A stretch of 61,553 nucleotides of DNA, from positions 1-61,553 of the forward strand of contig JACOWZ010000003.1 of assembly GCA_016176525.1 (NCBI GenBank). Direction: 5' to 3'. The notes under the pieces are model-generated. The model was not told the origin of the DNA, did not search any database, and worked only from the letters and a program-made list of their open reading frames with translations. This DNA comes from Candidatus Colwellbacteria bacterium. GTDB lineage: Bacteria > Patescibacteriota > Minisyncoccia > UBA6257 > Colwellbacteraceae. Made by a program: the position numbers and the translations under genes. This document shows, one piece after another, positions 40,006 through 49,230 of the stretch (its first letter is position 1; each line of letters begins with the position of its first letter).

Positions 40006-40716
40006 ATGGATATTGCAAAGAACATTAAAAGGTTAAAGTTGCTGGCGCTGGAAATGTTTTTTCCAGCAGTTTGTTTGAATTGCGTAAAATATCTGCACAG
40101 CTGGGAGGAAAAGGACAATTTGCTTTGTAACAACTGTTTTAACTCAATAGAAATAAGCGAGATAATACACCGCCCGGACCCAAGTATTCTCTTATTTTCC
40201 GTTGGTAGTTATTCAAACACTCCAATGCGCGAACTGATTCATAATTTAAAATTTAATCTAAACCTGCGAACACAGAAACCTATTGAGAAACTCGTTAAGA
40301 ACTATATCAAGAAATCTCATCTGGAGAAAATTATAAGTAGAGAGAATTCAATAATAATTCCAATTCCATTGCATAAAAAGAGGCTTAAAAAGCGCGGATT
40401 CAACCAAGCGGAGATAATAGCTGATATTTTAGGAAAAGAACTCGGCATCCTGGTTGAGAAGAGATTATTAGAACGTGTTAAGAATACTGCTCCCCAAATT
40501 GAAATGGACGGCAAAAAGGCACGCGAGGAAAATATAAAAGGGTGTTTTACTACACACAGCGGTGTTATGATTAATCATAACACCGCGCGAATTAGTGAGC
40601 TAATTATAGTGGATGATATATATACGTCCGGCTCTACAATACTGGAAGCTGCAAAAACACTGAACAGAAAACTAAAACCCGCGAAAATTATTGGTTTTAC
40701 ACTAGCTAAAGCTTAA
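40006..40716 (+). CDS. comF: ComF family protein (phosphoribosyltransferase-like, competence)
   Basis: N-terminal Zn-finger CLNC..CNNC, RGFNQAE motif and PRPP-binding loop LIIVDDIYTSGST. 236 aa. Confidence 0.8.
   Translation: MDIAKNIKRLKLLALEMFFPAVCLNCVKYLHSWEEKDNLLCNNCFNSIEISEIIHRPDPSILLFSVGSYSNTPMRELIHNLKFNLNLRTQKPIEKLVKNYIKKSHLEKIISRENSIIIPIPLHKKRLKKRGFNQAEIIADILGKELGILVEKRLLERVKNTAPQIEMDGKKAREENIKGCFTTHSGVMINHNTARISELIIVDDIYTSGSTILEAAKTLNRKLKPAKIIGFTLAKA
40560..40587. repeat. Perfect palindromic element, copy 2, inside comF
   Basis: The 28 nt are identical to 39946-39973. Translated as SGVMINHNTA just before the PRPP loop. Confidence 0.85.
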
Positions 40717-41583
40717 TTATGGGGATGGCAAGTCTAGAACTCTTATACCAGTTTCTTGCGGTGGCGGCGTAATCCCACAGGACAGAACAGGATCTATCGT
40801 AAGCGCACCAGTAGGTAAACCACTAACACCTACACCTTGTGCAGCACACACATAAACATCTACTAGACTGCCGTCTCCAATATTTATTTCCTCAAAATAC
40901 CCATTTCTCCATTGATTTTGTGAATCGCCAATATCAAATTGAACATCTGTATTTGGCAATAAATTATCATCAAACTCGGCTGCCGAGACGCGGCTTACAG
41001 CAGATTGCGTAGTGCGCGAAAAACCAAATGTAGGATTATTCGTGTTATATGTCATACCTAAGTCAATTTGCAGAACATTATGCGCGCCGGCTTTTTCAAT
41101 TTTTGTAAGTTCAAAAAAATCAACTGTAACAGCATCTGTAGTAAGAGCTTGTGGGTCTTTATCACACTCTTGTACTTTTATCTTCATATCATCTAGATCG
41201 TAAAAAATCCATAATTTGTTTTTGTTTTGGTATAGAAGCCCGCAATCCGCGAAACTCTCCGGCATTCTTAATACTACGGTACAGAAATCTGTAGTATTAG
41301 TGGTACACGTTGAGTCGGTTCCCGCTGGTCCCTCAGGTTCGGGGTCACCCGCATTGTATACCTTTTCAATTAAACTGGAGTCTCTAATAAACCTCTGTAC
41401 GGTTGTCATAACAAGATTTGTCTGCGAATTTACTTCGTTTTTAGAGACTTGGGTTGTCTGCACGCGAAGCGTTACGGTTAAAATAGTTACCAAAAAAGTG
41501 CCGACTATGGCAAGAATACCCATATAAATTAAAGTCTCTATAAGAGTGAAACCGGGCACAGCTTTTAACTTCGTTAGCTTCAT
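40717..41583 (-). CDS. Large pilin-like protein with prepilin N-terminus
   Basis: AVPGFTLIETLIYMGILAIVG class III signal. 288 aa. Confidence 0.6.
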   Translation of the reverse strand: MKLTKLKAVPGFTLIETLIYMGILAIVGTFLVTILTVTLRVQTTQVSKNEVNSQTNLVMTTVQRFIRDSSLIEKVYNAGDPEPEGPAGTDSTCTTNTTDFCTVVLRMPESFADCGLLYQNKNKLWIFYDLDDMKIKVQECDKDPQALTTDAVTVDFFELTKIEKAGAHNVLQIDLGMTYNTNNPTFGFSRTTQSAVSRVSAAEFDDNLLPNTDVQFDIGDSQNQWRNGYFEEINIGDGSLVDVYVCAAQGVGVSGLPTGALTIDPVLSCGITPPPQETGIRVLDLPSP

Positions 41584-41607
41584 TAGCTTATTAGTAATTA
41601 TAACATT

Positions 41608-44136
41608 TTAAGCGATTCTTTTTCTAAAGAGCCACTTTACAAACTCTACAAATAGCACGCTTAAAAGCCCGAAACCGATTGCCGCAAAAATCCATATTGG
41701 AGCAAGCGGCACAGTGTTGAAAAGCTTTTGCAATGCCGGCAAATACACCGCGAGGGCCGTAAGCCCGAAGCCGATTAAAGTGGCTATATTTAAATACTTA
41801 TTAGAAAAGGGGTTGTATCTAAAAATACTTATATTCAAATTCCTTAGTGCGAAAACAAAAATCAATGTGTAGATAGAGAATGTTGTAAATATAAACGTGC
41901 GGACCGTCGGTTCTTCGAAACCAAGGGTTATAAGCATAAAGTACATTATAAGCAATGCCACCGAAGTTGAAGTGCCCACAACAATAACTATAAACCGCAT
42001 AAGCGGGTCAAAAAGGCCGCCTTTTAGACTGGATGGCTTGTCCTTAAGATGATCTTTGCCGTTTTCAAACGCAAGAGCAATGGCAGGAAAACTATCCTGA
42101 AAAAAATTTACCCACAATATTTGCAGAGGATTCATCGGCAGAGGCAAGGCAAGCAAAAGCGAACCGCCTATCAAAATAATGCCGTCTAAAACATTAGAAA
42201 ACATATAAACAATAACCTTTTTAATATTCTCCAAAGTTCTTCTCCCTTCTTCTATAGCGGCGACTATTATGCCGAAGTTGTCGTCTAGCATTATCAAATC
42301 CGCCGCGCTTTTTGCAACATCAGTGCCGGAGCCGACTGCTATGCCAATATCGGCCTGTTTTAGGGCGGGTGCGTCGTTTACTCCGTCGCCTGCCATTGCA
42401 ACAACCTCGCCTTTTTCTCTAAATAATTGCGAAATTCGTAGTTTGTCTTCTGGAGACACGCGCGCGTAGATTTTTACAAAGTCCAATCTATTGCGTAAAA
42501 CATCATCACTCATAGCACGTACCTCTTCGCCTAAGAGAACCTGGTCTTCTTTAACCTGTAAGCCTATTTCTTTTGCAACTGCAAGCGCAGTGCCCTTATG
42601 GTCGCCAGTTACAATAATAGTGCGCACGCCGGCAGCACCAACACGCTCTATTTCGTCTTTAACGGTTGCGCGCACTGGGTCGCTAAAGGCAATAAATCCC
42701 ATAAACTCATGGCCGAGCACAATAGACAACACTCTTTTGCCGGACGAGGCAAGCTCTTCAACCTGGCGAAGCAGTTGATCTTTCTCTTCGCGTTTTAAAT
42801 CGGTTTTAGCTAATAATATCTCCGGCGCGCCCATATAATTCCAGAGTTTTTTGTCGCCAATTTCAATTTGAGTTGCGCCAAACTTATTGGTTGAATTAAA
42901 AGGGTGCCTGTCTAGAATTTTTAATTTGGGCCTAAAGCCGTCTAAAAGCACTTGGTGTGTGAGCGCGGCACGGAGTATTGCCTCTTCAAAGGGTTTGCCT
43001 ATTATTCTCCATTCCGTGGACGGCGCATCAGGATTCTCTACCACAACATCTGTGTTTAAAAGAGCAAGTTCCAGAACTTTGTCTTTTGGTTTTTTAGAAA
43101 TAATCTCTGAAACCGACATTTTGGCTTCAGTAAGCGTTCCTGTTTTGTCGGTCATAATAACCGTAGTGCTGCCCAAAGTTTCTGTAGCTAAAAGTTTTCT
43201 TATAACTCCCTTCTTGCGCACAAGCCGTTCAACCCCCACAGCTAAAATAACTGTTAAAGCTACGGGTAAGCCCTCCGGCACTGCAAAAACTGCAAGCGCT
43301 ATGGCAATTAAAAACATTTGGAAAAGGTCAAAGCCCATAAAAAGCCCTACTACAAAAAGTAAGGCAGTAAGCAAGGTAAGAACCAAGCTTGCTTTCATAG
43401 TAAACTTTTGAATTGCGGTTTGTAGAGGCGTTTTTGAATGCTCTTTTGCTGTTACTGCCTCTGCTATTTTGCCGAATTCCGTATTTTTCCCTATTAAGGT
43501 TACGACCGCAAGCCCCAAACCTTCAGCAACGAGAGTGCCAGCGAACACCATTGAGTTTCTAGCTAAAAGATTAGAGTCTTCTCTACAGGGTTCAACGGTT
43601 TTCTCCATATCCGGCATAGATTCGCCAGTTAGTACCCCTTCGTCAACGCCAAGTTCGTTTATTTTTACAAGCCGTGCATCAGCAGGCACGCGAGCGCCGG
43701 GAAAAAGCCTAATCAAATCGCCGGGCACTACTTCTTCGGAATCAATTTCAATTTCTCTGCCACCCCTTATAACTCTTACTCTTTCTTTTATATAAGATTC
43801 CAGACTTGCAAGCGCAGTTTCGGCTTTGTTCTCTTGGTAAAACCCTAAAATAGTATTTACAAAAATTGCAGCAAAAATAAAGCCGCCGCCTTTATAGTCG
43901 CCAAAAAATAAAGCCGCAACGCCTGCGAAAAAAAGCACTATAATAAGCGGGCTTTTAAATTGTTCTGCTAAAATTTCAAACTTTGTTGCTCTATGCCCTT
44001 TTGGCAAAATGTTTTTGCCGTACTCTTTTATGCGCTCTTTTGCGGCAGATTCATCAAGACCGTTTTCTCCCGAACCCAGCGCAACAAAAACATCTTCCAC
44101 CGGCATAGCCCAATAAGGTTTTGCCACATAAGTCAT
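41608..44136 (-). CDS. P-type cation-transporting ATPase (P2-type, Ca/Mg-like)
   Basis: DKTGTLT phosphorylation site, VPEGLPVALTV, TGDHKGTA and GDGVNDAPAL. 842 aa. Confidence 0.9.
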   Translation of the reverse strand: MTYVAKPYWAMPVEDVFVALGSGENGLDESAAKERIKEYGKNILPKGHRATKFEILAEQFKSPLIIVLFFAGVAALFFGDYKGGGFIFAAIFVNTILGFYQENKAETALASLESYIKERVRVIRGGREIEIDSEEVVPGDLIRLFPGARVPADARLVKINELGVDEGVLTGESMPDMEKTVEPCREDSNLLARNSMVFAGTLVAEGLGLAVVTLIGKNTEFGKIAEAVTAKEHSKTPLQTAIQKFTMKASLVLTLLTALLFVVGLFMGFDLFQMFLIAIALAVFAVPEGLPVALTVILAVGVERLVRKKGVIRKLLATETLGSTTVIMTDKTGTLTEAKMSVSEIISKKPKDKVLELALLNTDVVVENPDAPSTEWRIIGKPFEEAILRAALTHQVLLDGFRPKLKILDRHPFNSTNKFGATQIEIGDKKLWNYMGAPEILLAKTDLKREEKDQLLRQVEELASSGKRVLSIVLGHEFMGFIAFSDPVRATVKDEIERVGAAGVRTIIVTGDHKGTALAVAKEIGLQVKEDQVLLGEEVRAMSDDVLRNRLDFVKIYARVSPEDKLRISQLFREKGEVVAMAGDGVNDAPALKQADIGIAVGSGTDVAKSAADLIMLDDNFGIIVAAIEEGRRTLENIKKVIVYMFSNVLDGIILIGGSLLLALPLPMNPLQILWVNFFQDSFPAIALAFENGKDHLKDKPSSLKGGLFDPLMRFIVIVVGTSTSVALLIMYFMLITLGFEEPTVRTFIFTTFSIYTLIFVFALRNLNISIFRYNPFSNKYLNIATLIGFGLTALAVYLPALQKLFNTVPLAPIWIFAAIGFGLLSVLFVEFVKWLFRKRIA

Positions 44137-44163
44137 ATAAATAGTTTAACACACGTAAACGAC

Positions 44164-45381
44164 CTACTTATTTGAAACACAAGCAAGATCTTGGTCAATA
44201 ATATCTCGCATACGCGCTTCCCCAATCCCCTGCACTTTACCTTTAATGCCTTCAACCGATGTAAACGGCCGGGCGGAAATAAGCGCGTCAGCTCTAGCAG
44301 AGCCGATATGGCGAATTTGCATCAACTCGTTTTTAGAAGCGGCATTCAAATCAACTCGCCATAATGCGCACCCGTCTTTGGTATTTAGTAACGCCTCAAT
44401 ACCGGATGCCCGCCATTCCGCTTTGGCTTCGGATAAAGAAACAGTATATATATCTCCGCGGTAGCTCTTATAACTGCCAGTAAAAATACTCGCCAAACCA
44501 CCGCCTACGGTTTTAGGCGTCCACGGAACATTGCCTTCCAGTACTACTTTAATTGTCCCATTTATGTCTGTCCTATAAATCTGGGAACCAAAACGCGTAA
44601 GCGTATCCAAAACTGTTTCTGCCGGATGGCCATAGCGGTTTACTCCAACCCCAATTGCGCCTATAACTGGCTGAACCGCAGCGATAAATTGTGGCGAAGA
44701 GGAATTCTTTGAACCATGATGGCCAACTTTTAGCACATCTGCTTTTAAAGGCGTTCCAGATTCAAGTAAAACCATTTCCGTTGCAAAGCCTACGTCTCCG
44801 GTAAAGAGCGCTGATACTCTAGGACCTTTAAACATAAGCACAACACCTGATTCGTTCTTGTCGGCTTTTGCAAGAATATCTGTATCTGGCGAGATAACTT
44901 GGATAACGTAGTCCAAATATTTTATTGAATCACCTTTCTGAACTTTTAGAGTTTTTACATCTTGCTCTTTAAGCGCACTTTGCAACACCATAAATGATGT
45001 ATCTTCTATACTTTGGCCATTCCAAACAAAAAGGCCGACATTATATCTATTTATAACCTCCACTATACCGCCATAATGGTCTATATCAGCGTGAGTTAAA
45101 ACAACTATGTCAATGTATTTATTACTATCTACTACAGACTCCAACTCGCCGAGAATCTCACCGCCCCGCCCACCGTCTATAAGTATATTAACCTCACCAC
45201 GAGTACCTGTGGGTTTTAGTTTTATAAGCTCAGAATCGCCTTGGCCTACGTCCAAAAAATAAATTGATGTGTCCCCTATTCTCCCACTTACGACTTCTGC
45301 AACAATTCCAAACCAAGTCCATACCGTAAATGCAGCGAGGATAAGCACTAAAATACGGGGTATGGTTTTCTCTTTTGTCAT
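44164..45381 (-). CDS. comEC: ComEC C-terminal metallo-beta-lactamase module fused to a ComEA-like HhH DNA-binding tail
   Basis: One TM helix, MBL motifs (LTHADIDHYGG, KVGHHGS), then DLNAASKNELMQIRHIGSARADALI, which is typical of ComEA HhH. ATGA overlap with the upstream ORF. Confidence 0.75.
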   Translation of the reverse strand: MTKEKTIPRILVLILAAFTVWTWFGIVAEVVSGRIGDTSIYFLDVGQGDSELIKLKPTGTRGEVNILIDGGRGGEILGELESVVDSNKYIDIVVLTHADIDHYGGIVEVINRYNVGLFVWNGQSIEDTSFMVLQSALKEQDVKTLKVQKGDSIKYLDYVIQVISPDTDILAKADKNESGVVLMFKGPRVSALFTGDVGFATEMVLLESGTPLKADVLKVGHHGSKNSSSPQFIAAVQPVIGAIGVGVNRYGHPAETVLDTLTRFGSQIYRTDINGTIKVVLEGNVPWTPKTVGGGLASIFTGSYKSYRGDIYTVSLSEAKAEWRASGIEALLNTKDGCALWRVDLNAASKNELMQIRHIGSARADALISARPFTSVEGIKGKVQGIGEARMRDIIDQDLACVSNK

Positions 45382-46826
45382 TTATTAGTTGTAGGAATAA
45401 AGAATTTTTGTGCGGCAGGAGAAAACCTAGCACAAAGCCACACTAAAAAAAGATAATAAACCGCGACAGTCATAACGCTAATTTGAGGATTAAATGGAGT
45501 TCTTAATATATAGAACACATCCATAACTTTGTAGATATAGTCCAGCAAAAATGCGGGTAAAGATGCAAAGACATAAGCAAACTGCATAGATATTACTGAT
45601 AAAATTATAACAACGAATCCAAAAATCATTACAAAAGGCATTATTGCAAGTATTGCGATATTTGCCGGAATTGCAGAAAACGAAAAAGTCTGGAAGTTGG
45701 CTATTATAATAGGCGCAACGGCGGCCTGCGCTGATAGAGTCATAGCTAAAATCTCGCGCCACATAAAAGCGCCTGACTCTTGGAAGAATTTAAGATTCTT
45801 TAAAACCGGCGCAAGATATATAATCCCGAGCAAAGCTAAAAAAGACAGCTGAAAACCCAAATCAAACACCGGCAGTTTTGGATTTACAAGTACAAGCGTG
45901 AGCGCAGCGAGAGCGATTGCGTTGCGCGGCAAATTTACATGTGCCGACTCTCTAGCCCACCCCACAATAAACGCCATAAAGGCTGCCCTAACTGCAGAAA
46001 CCTCAAAACCTGTCATCGCAACAAATAAGGCAACCATGAAAAACAGCGCGCTGAAAGCTACGCGTCGCCGGCCACGAAAAACCATGGCAAGTAGAGGAGC
46101 CATAATCACAATAATGATAGACATATTCGAACCAGAAAGGGCTGTAAGGTGCAATGTGCCGCTAATAGCGAGTTTGTCTAAAAGTTCTTGCGGCATTTCT
46201 TCTTTGTCGCCAAGTATAATTCCCGTTAATAACGCTGATTGTGTCGGGCTAAAAACGCGCGTGAACACTTCTTTAATATATAGCCTTAAACTGTATAGAG
46301 TTTTGAAAAATGGATTCGCCTTATTACCTGTGATTTCAATTTCGGGAAATGCGGCAACGCCGTGGATTCTCTCTTTTGTAAGGTAATTTCCGTAAGGCCC
46401 GTCAGGGAATTCTAAACTGCCCCCGAAACTTACAACATCGCCATATGCAACAGGCGTGTACTTATTCAACCGGAGTAAAATTTTTGCTTTTATTGGCGGC
46501 TCTGTAAGATTAACTCTCACTGCAATGCTTTCGCCGCGTATGTTGGGAATATCAGAAACAATGCCTGTAAAATTTGTTTCTACAAGTACTGTCTCGCGGA
46601 TTTTATGGTATTTGTAATCATCTAGAGCATAATAAACACTCCCGATTAAGGTAAACATTACAAACACCACAAACCAAGGCTTTCTAATTTGTTTAATAAA
46701 AAGAGAGGAAAGTGCTAAAACAGTTGTTAACAAAGCTGTGCCAAACGGCGTAATACCTACTCCGCCTAAAATTGCCGCGATAATAACCCCACCGGCGGCA
46801 AAAAAGAAAAAATTATAGCTGTTCAA
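45378..46826 (-). CDS. comEC: ComEC/Rec2 membrane channel module (OB-like region plus competence domain)
   Basis: 482-aa polytopic protein. Competence-domain motifs (LLTGIILGDKEEMP, GTLHLTALSGSNM). Confidence 0.8.
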   Translation of the reverse strand: MNSYNFFFFAAGGVIIAAILGGVGITPFGTALLTTVLALSSLFIKQIRKPWFVVFVMFTLIGSVYYALDDYKYHKIRETVLVETNFTGIVSDIPNIRGESIAVRVNLTEPPIKAKILLRLNKYTPVAYGDVVSFGGSLEFPDGPYGNYLTKERIHGVAAFPEIEITGNKANPFFKTLYSLRLYIKEVFTRVFSPTQSALLTGIILGDKEEMPQELLDKLAISGTLHLTALSGSNMSIIIVIMAPLLAMVFRGRRRVAFSALFFMVALFVAMTGFEVSAVRAAFMAFIVGWARESAHVNLPRNAIALAALTLVLVNPKLPVFDLGFQLSFLALLGIIYLAPVLKNLKFFQESGAFMWREILAMTLSAQAAVAPIIIANFQTFSFSAIPANIAILAIMPFVMIFGFVVIILSVISMQFAYVFASLPAFLLDYIYKVMDVFYILRTPFNPQISVMTVAVYYLFLVWLCARFSPAAQKFFIPTTNK

Positions 46827-46998
46827 TATCCGCTTCTAACTCACCCAATTCTGAATCTAGATCGTTTAGTTCTGTGTTTTCAATATCAGTCTGAATGTCT
46901 TTAAGCTCTTCTGGCACTTCCGGCACTTGCGGGTTTGCAAAATAAAACCAAGCGATAATTGCCGCAATTATAACTAACAATATTAAAAGTTTTTTCAT
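46813..46998 (-). CDS. Small membrane-anchored acidic protein
   Basis: 61 aa. One TM helix (LLILLVIIAAIIAWFYF) then an acidic tail. Overlaps the comEC start. Confidence 0.4.
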   Translation of the reverse strand: MKKLLILLVIIAAIIAWFYFANPQVPEVPEELKDIQTDIENTELNDLDSELGELEADIEQL

Positions 46999-46999
46999 A

Positions 47000-47956
47000 T
47001 TATTCTTCTACTTCTTCTTCGACCTCATCTTCATCTGTATCTTCATCAGCATCCTCTTCTGTATCCTCTTCTTCTGCGTCGTCCTTATCTTCTTGTACAA
47101 ATTCAGTGTGCACAACTCGGAGTGCATCAAATGCGGTGCGGACAAGGTTTCTTGCATGTTCTAGATACTCACTCCTAAGGGCTTCGTGGTCTGCTCGGAA
47201 CTCCGCCATAGTATCTTGGAAACCCTGCCTGAGATTCTCTTCTGATTCAAACTCAACTGTATATATTTTTTCTTTTTGCGCTAAAACCGCCTCTTTTGCT
47301 GCGGCAATACCTGCGCGTGCTTCGTCAACCGCGGAATCAAACAAATCTAACGCAGAATCGTCTAAACCAAATCGCTCTTGCCACTCATCTGCGCGTGCAA
47401 TTACCTTGTCCAAGACCATCTCCATTTTTTCTAAGTGTAGAATATATGCATCCGTTAACCGGCCGTTAATTGAATTAATTTGTGCCGCAGAACGCTCCGC
47501 GATAATTCGTTTTTGCTCATCGCGAACCACCTGCACCCTCTCATTGAACTCGGCTTTGCGCTCTTCAATAGCCTCTTGGTGCATCATGCGCGCCTCCTCG
47601 GTTCTTTCTCGGAACTCTACACGCTCATCTTCTATGCGAGCTCTAAACTCTGTGCGTGTTTCTTCTGTCTTCTGCCTAAATTCAACTCTGGCTTCTTCCA
47701 TCATATCTTGGCGCTCTTCTCTAGCCTCTTCTTGGTGTATGCGTATGCGCTCGCGCAGTTCTACAGACTCATCTCTAAATCTTTCTCGCGATTCTTCCCT
47801 TACATCACCATCTCTGGTCTCGCTTCTAACTTCACTCTCCTGCTCAAATTCTTCGAATTCTTCCCCGCCGTGCGCAGAAACCATTAATACACCGGATAGC
47901 GCCACAGCTGTTACTATGGCTCCAGTAAAGAAAATATTTCTATAGACTTGGCTCAT
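47000..47956 (-). CDS. Secreted, highly charged Glu/Arg-rich coiled-coil protein
   Basis: Signal anchor, then about 300 aa dominated by E/R/D with recurring xEFRxxxEExR units and a poly-acidic C-terminus. Confidence 0.55.
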   Translation of the reverse strand: MSQVYRNIFFTGAIVTAVALSGVLMVSAHGGEEFEEFEQESEVRSETRDGDVREESRERFRDESVELRERIRIHQEEAREERQDMMEEARVEFRQKTEETRTEFRARIEDERVEFRERTEEARMMHQEAIEERKAEFNERVQVVRDEQKRIIAERSAAQINSINGRLTDAYILHLEKMEMVLDKVIARADEWQERFGLDDSALDLFDSAVDEARAGIAAAKEAVLAQKEKIYTVEFESEENLRQGFQDTMAEFRADHEALRSEYLEHARNLVRTAFDALRVVHTEFVQEDKDDAEEEDTEEDADEDTDEDEVEEEVEE

Positions 47957-48009
47957 TTTCCTTATAATAAACCTAAATCTAAAAATATAAAACTGTGGAT
48001 AAGAAATAG

Positions 48010-48345
48010 CTACCTATAAATCAATACTCCTAGAACTATAGAAAAATGTAGAACCATCCAAAGTATATTTATAAAAACTAATGGTTTTGTTTTGTGGGTT
48101 ATTCCGTAAATTATCCAAAAAGCAGATACTACCATGTAAGCTCCCCATGATACTGCTGAAACTCCATCCACATTTTTTTCTATCCAAATTTTTGACCATT
48201 GGGGGAGCGTCATAACCGGACCTATAAGCGAAACAGGATAAATAATGCGGTCAAGAAAATTCTTCCATCTTATTTGAGTGCGGTATTCTTTATGTTCTCG
48301 CTTTCTTTTTATAACGTGGTCGTGCCCTTCTCTGTAAACTGCCAT
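48010..48345 (-). CDS. PQ-loop / SemiSWEET-like small membrane protein
   Basis: 111 aa with three predicted TM helices and an LPQ motif (MTLPQWSKIW). Confidence 0.45.
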   Translation of the reverse strand: MAVYREGHDHVIKRKREHKEYRTQIRWKNFLDRIIYPVSLIGPVMTLPQWSKIWIEKNVDGVSAVSWGAYMVVSAFWIIYGITHKTKPLVFINILWMVLHFSIVLGVLIYR

Positions 48346-48371
48346 GATTTTAATTATATCAAGTTAAGTGC

Positions 48372-48408
48372 AGATAAATAAAATGGCGCTGAAGCATGCT
48401 TCAGCGCC
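48372..48408 (-). terminator. Rho-independent (bidirectional) terminator after the BI-1-like gene
   Basis: Perfect palindrome ggcgctgaagc-at-gcttcagcgcc, flanked by an A-run on one side and a T-run on the other. Confidence 0.55.
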
Positions 48409-48419
48409 TTGTGTTTTCT

Positions 48420-49142
48420 TCAGCGCCTGGATCTGGCGTAAACCTCGAGGAGCCGTACAAAGAGGTTTACAGCATCCAAGATCAGCCCGCCGCTTGCGTC
48501 TATTGCGTTGTCCCATGTTAGCGGCAATTCCATTGCCTTAGCCCAGTCGTAGGCAACGAAGATCGTAAAGATTAGGATCCCTGCCCAGATGAGCACCCAG
48601 TCTAGTACAGACCCAGGCGCCGCCCACTCAAAGCCCATAACTCCGAAGATGATCTGGCCAAACAGAGCCAAGATCAAAACTCCGAGAGCTCCGAGAAGAT
48701 AGGGGCCTAAACCGCTAAACGCTCTTGGGTAGACAATGCCGACGCAAGACATTAGCACCATTATTGCGGCTGTTGTTAGAATCGCCTGTGCTACAACCAC
48801 GCTTGTGTAGGTTGCAACAACGGGACCCATCATAACGCCTAACGCTAGGCTCATAATGGTTACGCCGAGCAAGCTTATAAACGGATTGTCGTTTAGCGCG
48901 AAAATGAATATTGCGACGATTGACACGATAAACGTGCCGATTAGAAGCAGCCACGTAAACGGCCAGTCGTAGCTTACGACAACTCCAAATGCAACCACAA
49001 CGGCCATAAGGAGCGTTGAGAACGCCGTAGCTCGCACGAAAGCGGGCTTGCTGATTTCGTCACTGCCGCGGCGATTCCAGATGAATCCCCCAAGGCCCTT
49101 GTGTTCGTCCTCGCCTCTGTTGCCATATCTGTATCCATCCAA
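48420..49142 (-). CDS. Bax-inhibitor-1/YccA-like 7-TM membrane protein (higher-GC)
   Basis: 240 aa with a soluble N-terminus followed by about 7 TM helices. GAGGTGAGAAAAG lies upstream. The family call rests on topology only. Confidence 0.45.
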   Translation of the reverse strand: MDGYRYGNRGEDEHKGLGGFIWNRRGSDEISKPAFVRATAFSTLLMAVVVAFGVVVSYDWPFTWLLLIGTFIVSIVAIFIFALNDNPFISLLGVTIMSLALGVMMGPVVATYTSVVVAQAILTTAAIMVLMSCVGIVYPRAFSGLGPYLLGALGVLILALFGQIIFGVMGFEWAAPGSVLDWVLIWAGILIFTIFVAYDWAKAMELPLTWDNAIDASGGLILDAVNLFVRLLEVYARSRR

Positions 49143-49230
49143 CTTTTCTCACCTCATTTGTTTTCCTTTGTTAAGGAAACTGTTTGTGAGTTTATAACAT
49201 ATTTGGATAGTTGTCAAATAGACAACAGGT

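Noticed and set aside
42887-43411. 174-aa + ORF inside the P-type ATPase gene (also 43469..43795 and 42491..42778)
   Set aside because: Antisense to a gene with all P-type ATPase motifs intact.
45378-45381. comEC split interpreted as a frameshift pseudogene
   Set aside because: The junction is a clean ATGA stop/start overlap and the second ORF begins with its own TM helix. A genuine two-gene arrangement is more likely, though read-level verification is advised.
47106-47945. 279-aa + strand ORF, plus the 135-aa ORF at 47480..47887
   Set aside because: Both are antisense shadows of the Glu/Arg-rich gene. GAA/GAG/CGN-rich coding removes stops on the opposite strand, and the translation is Ser/Arg/Ala low complexity.
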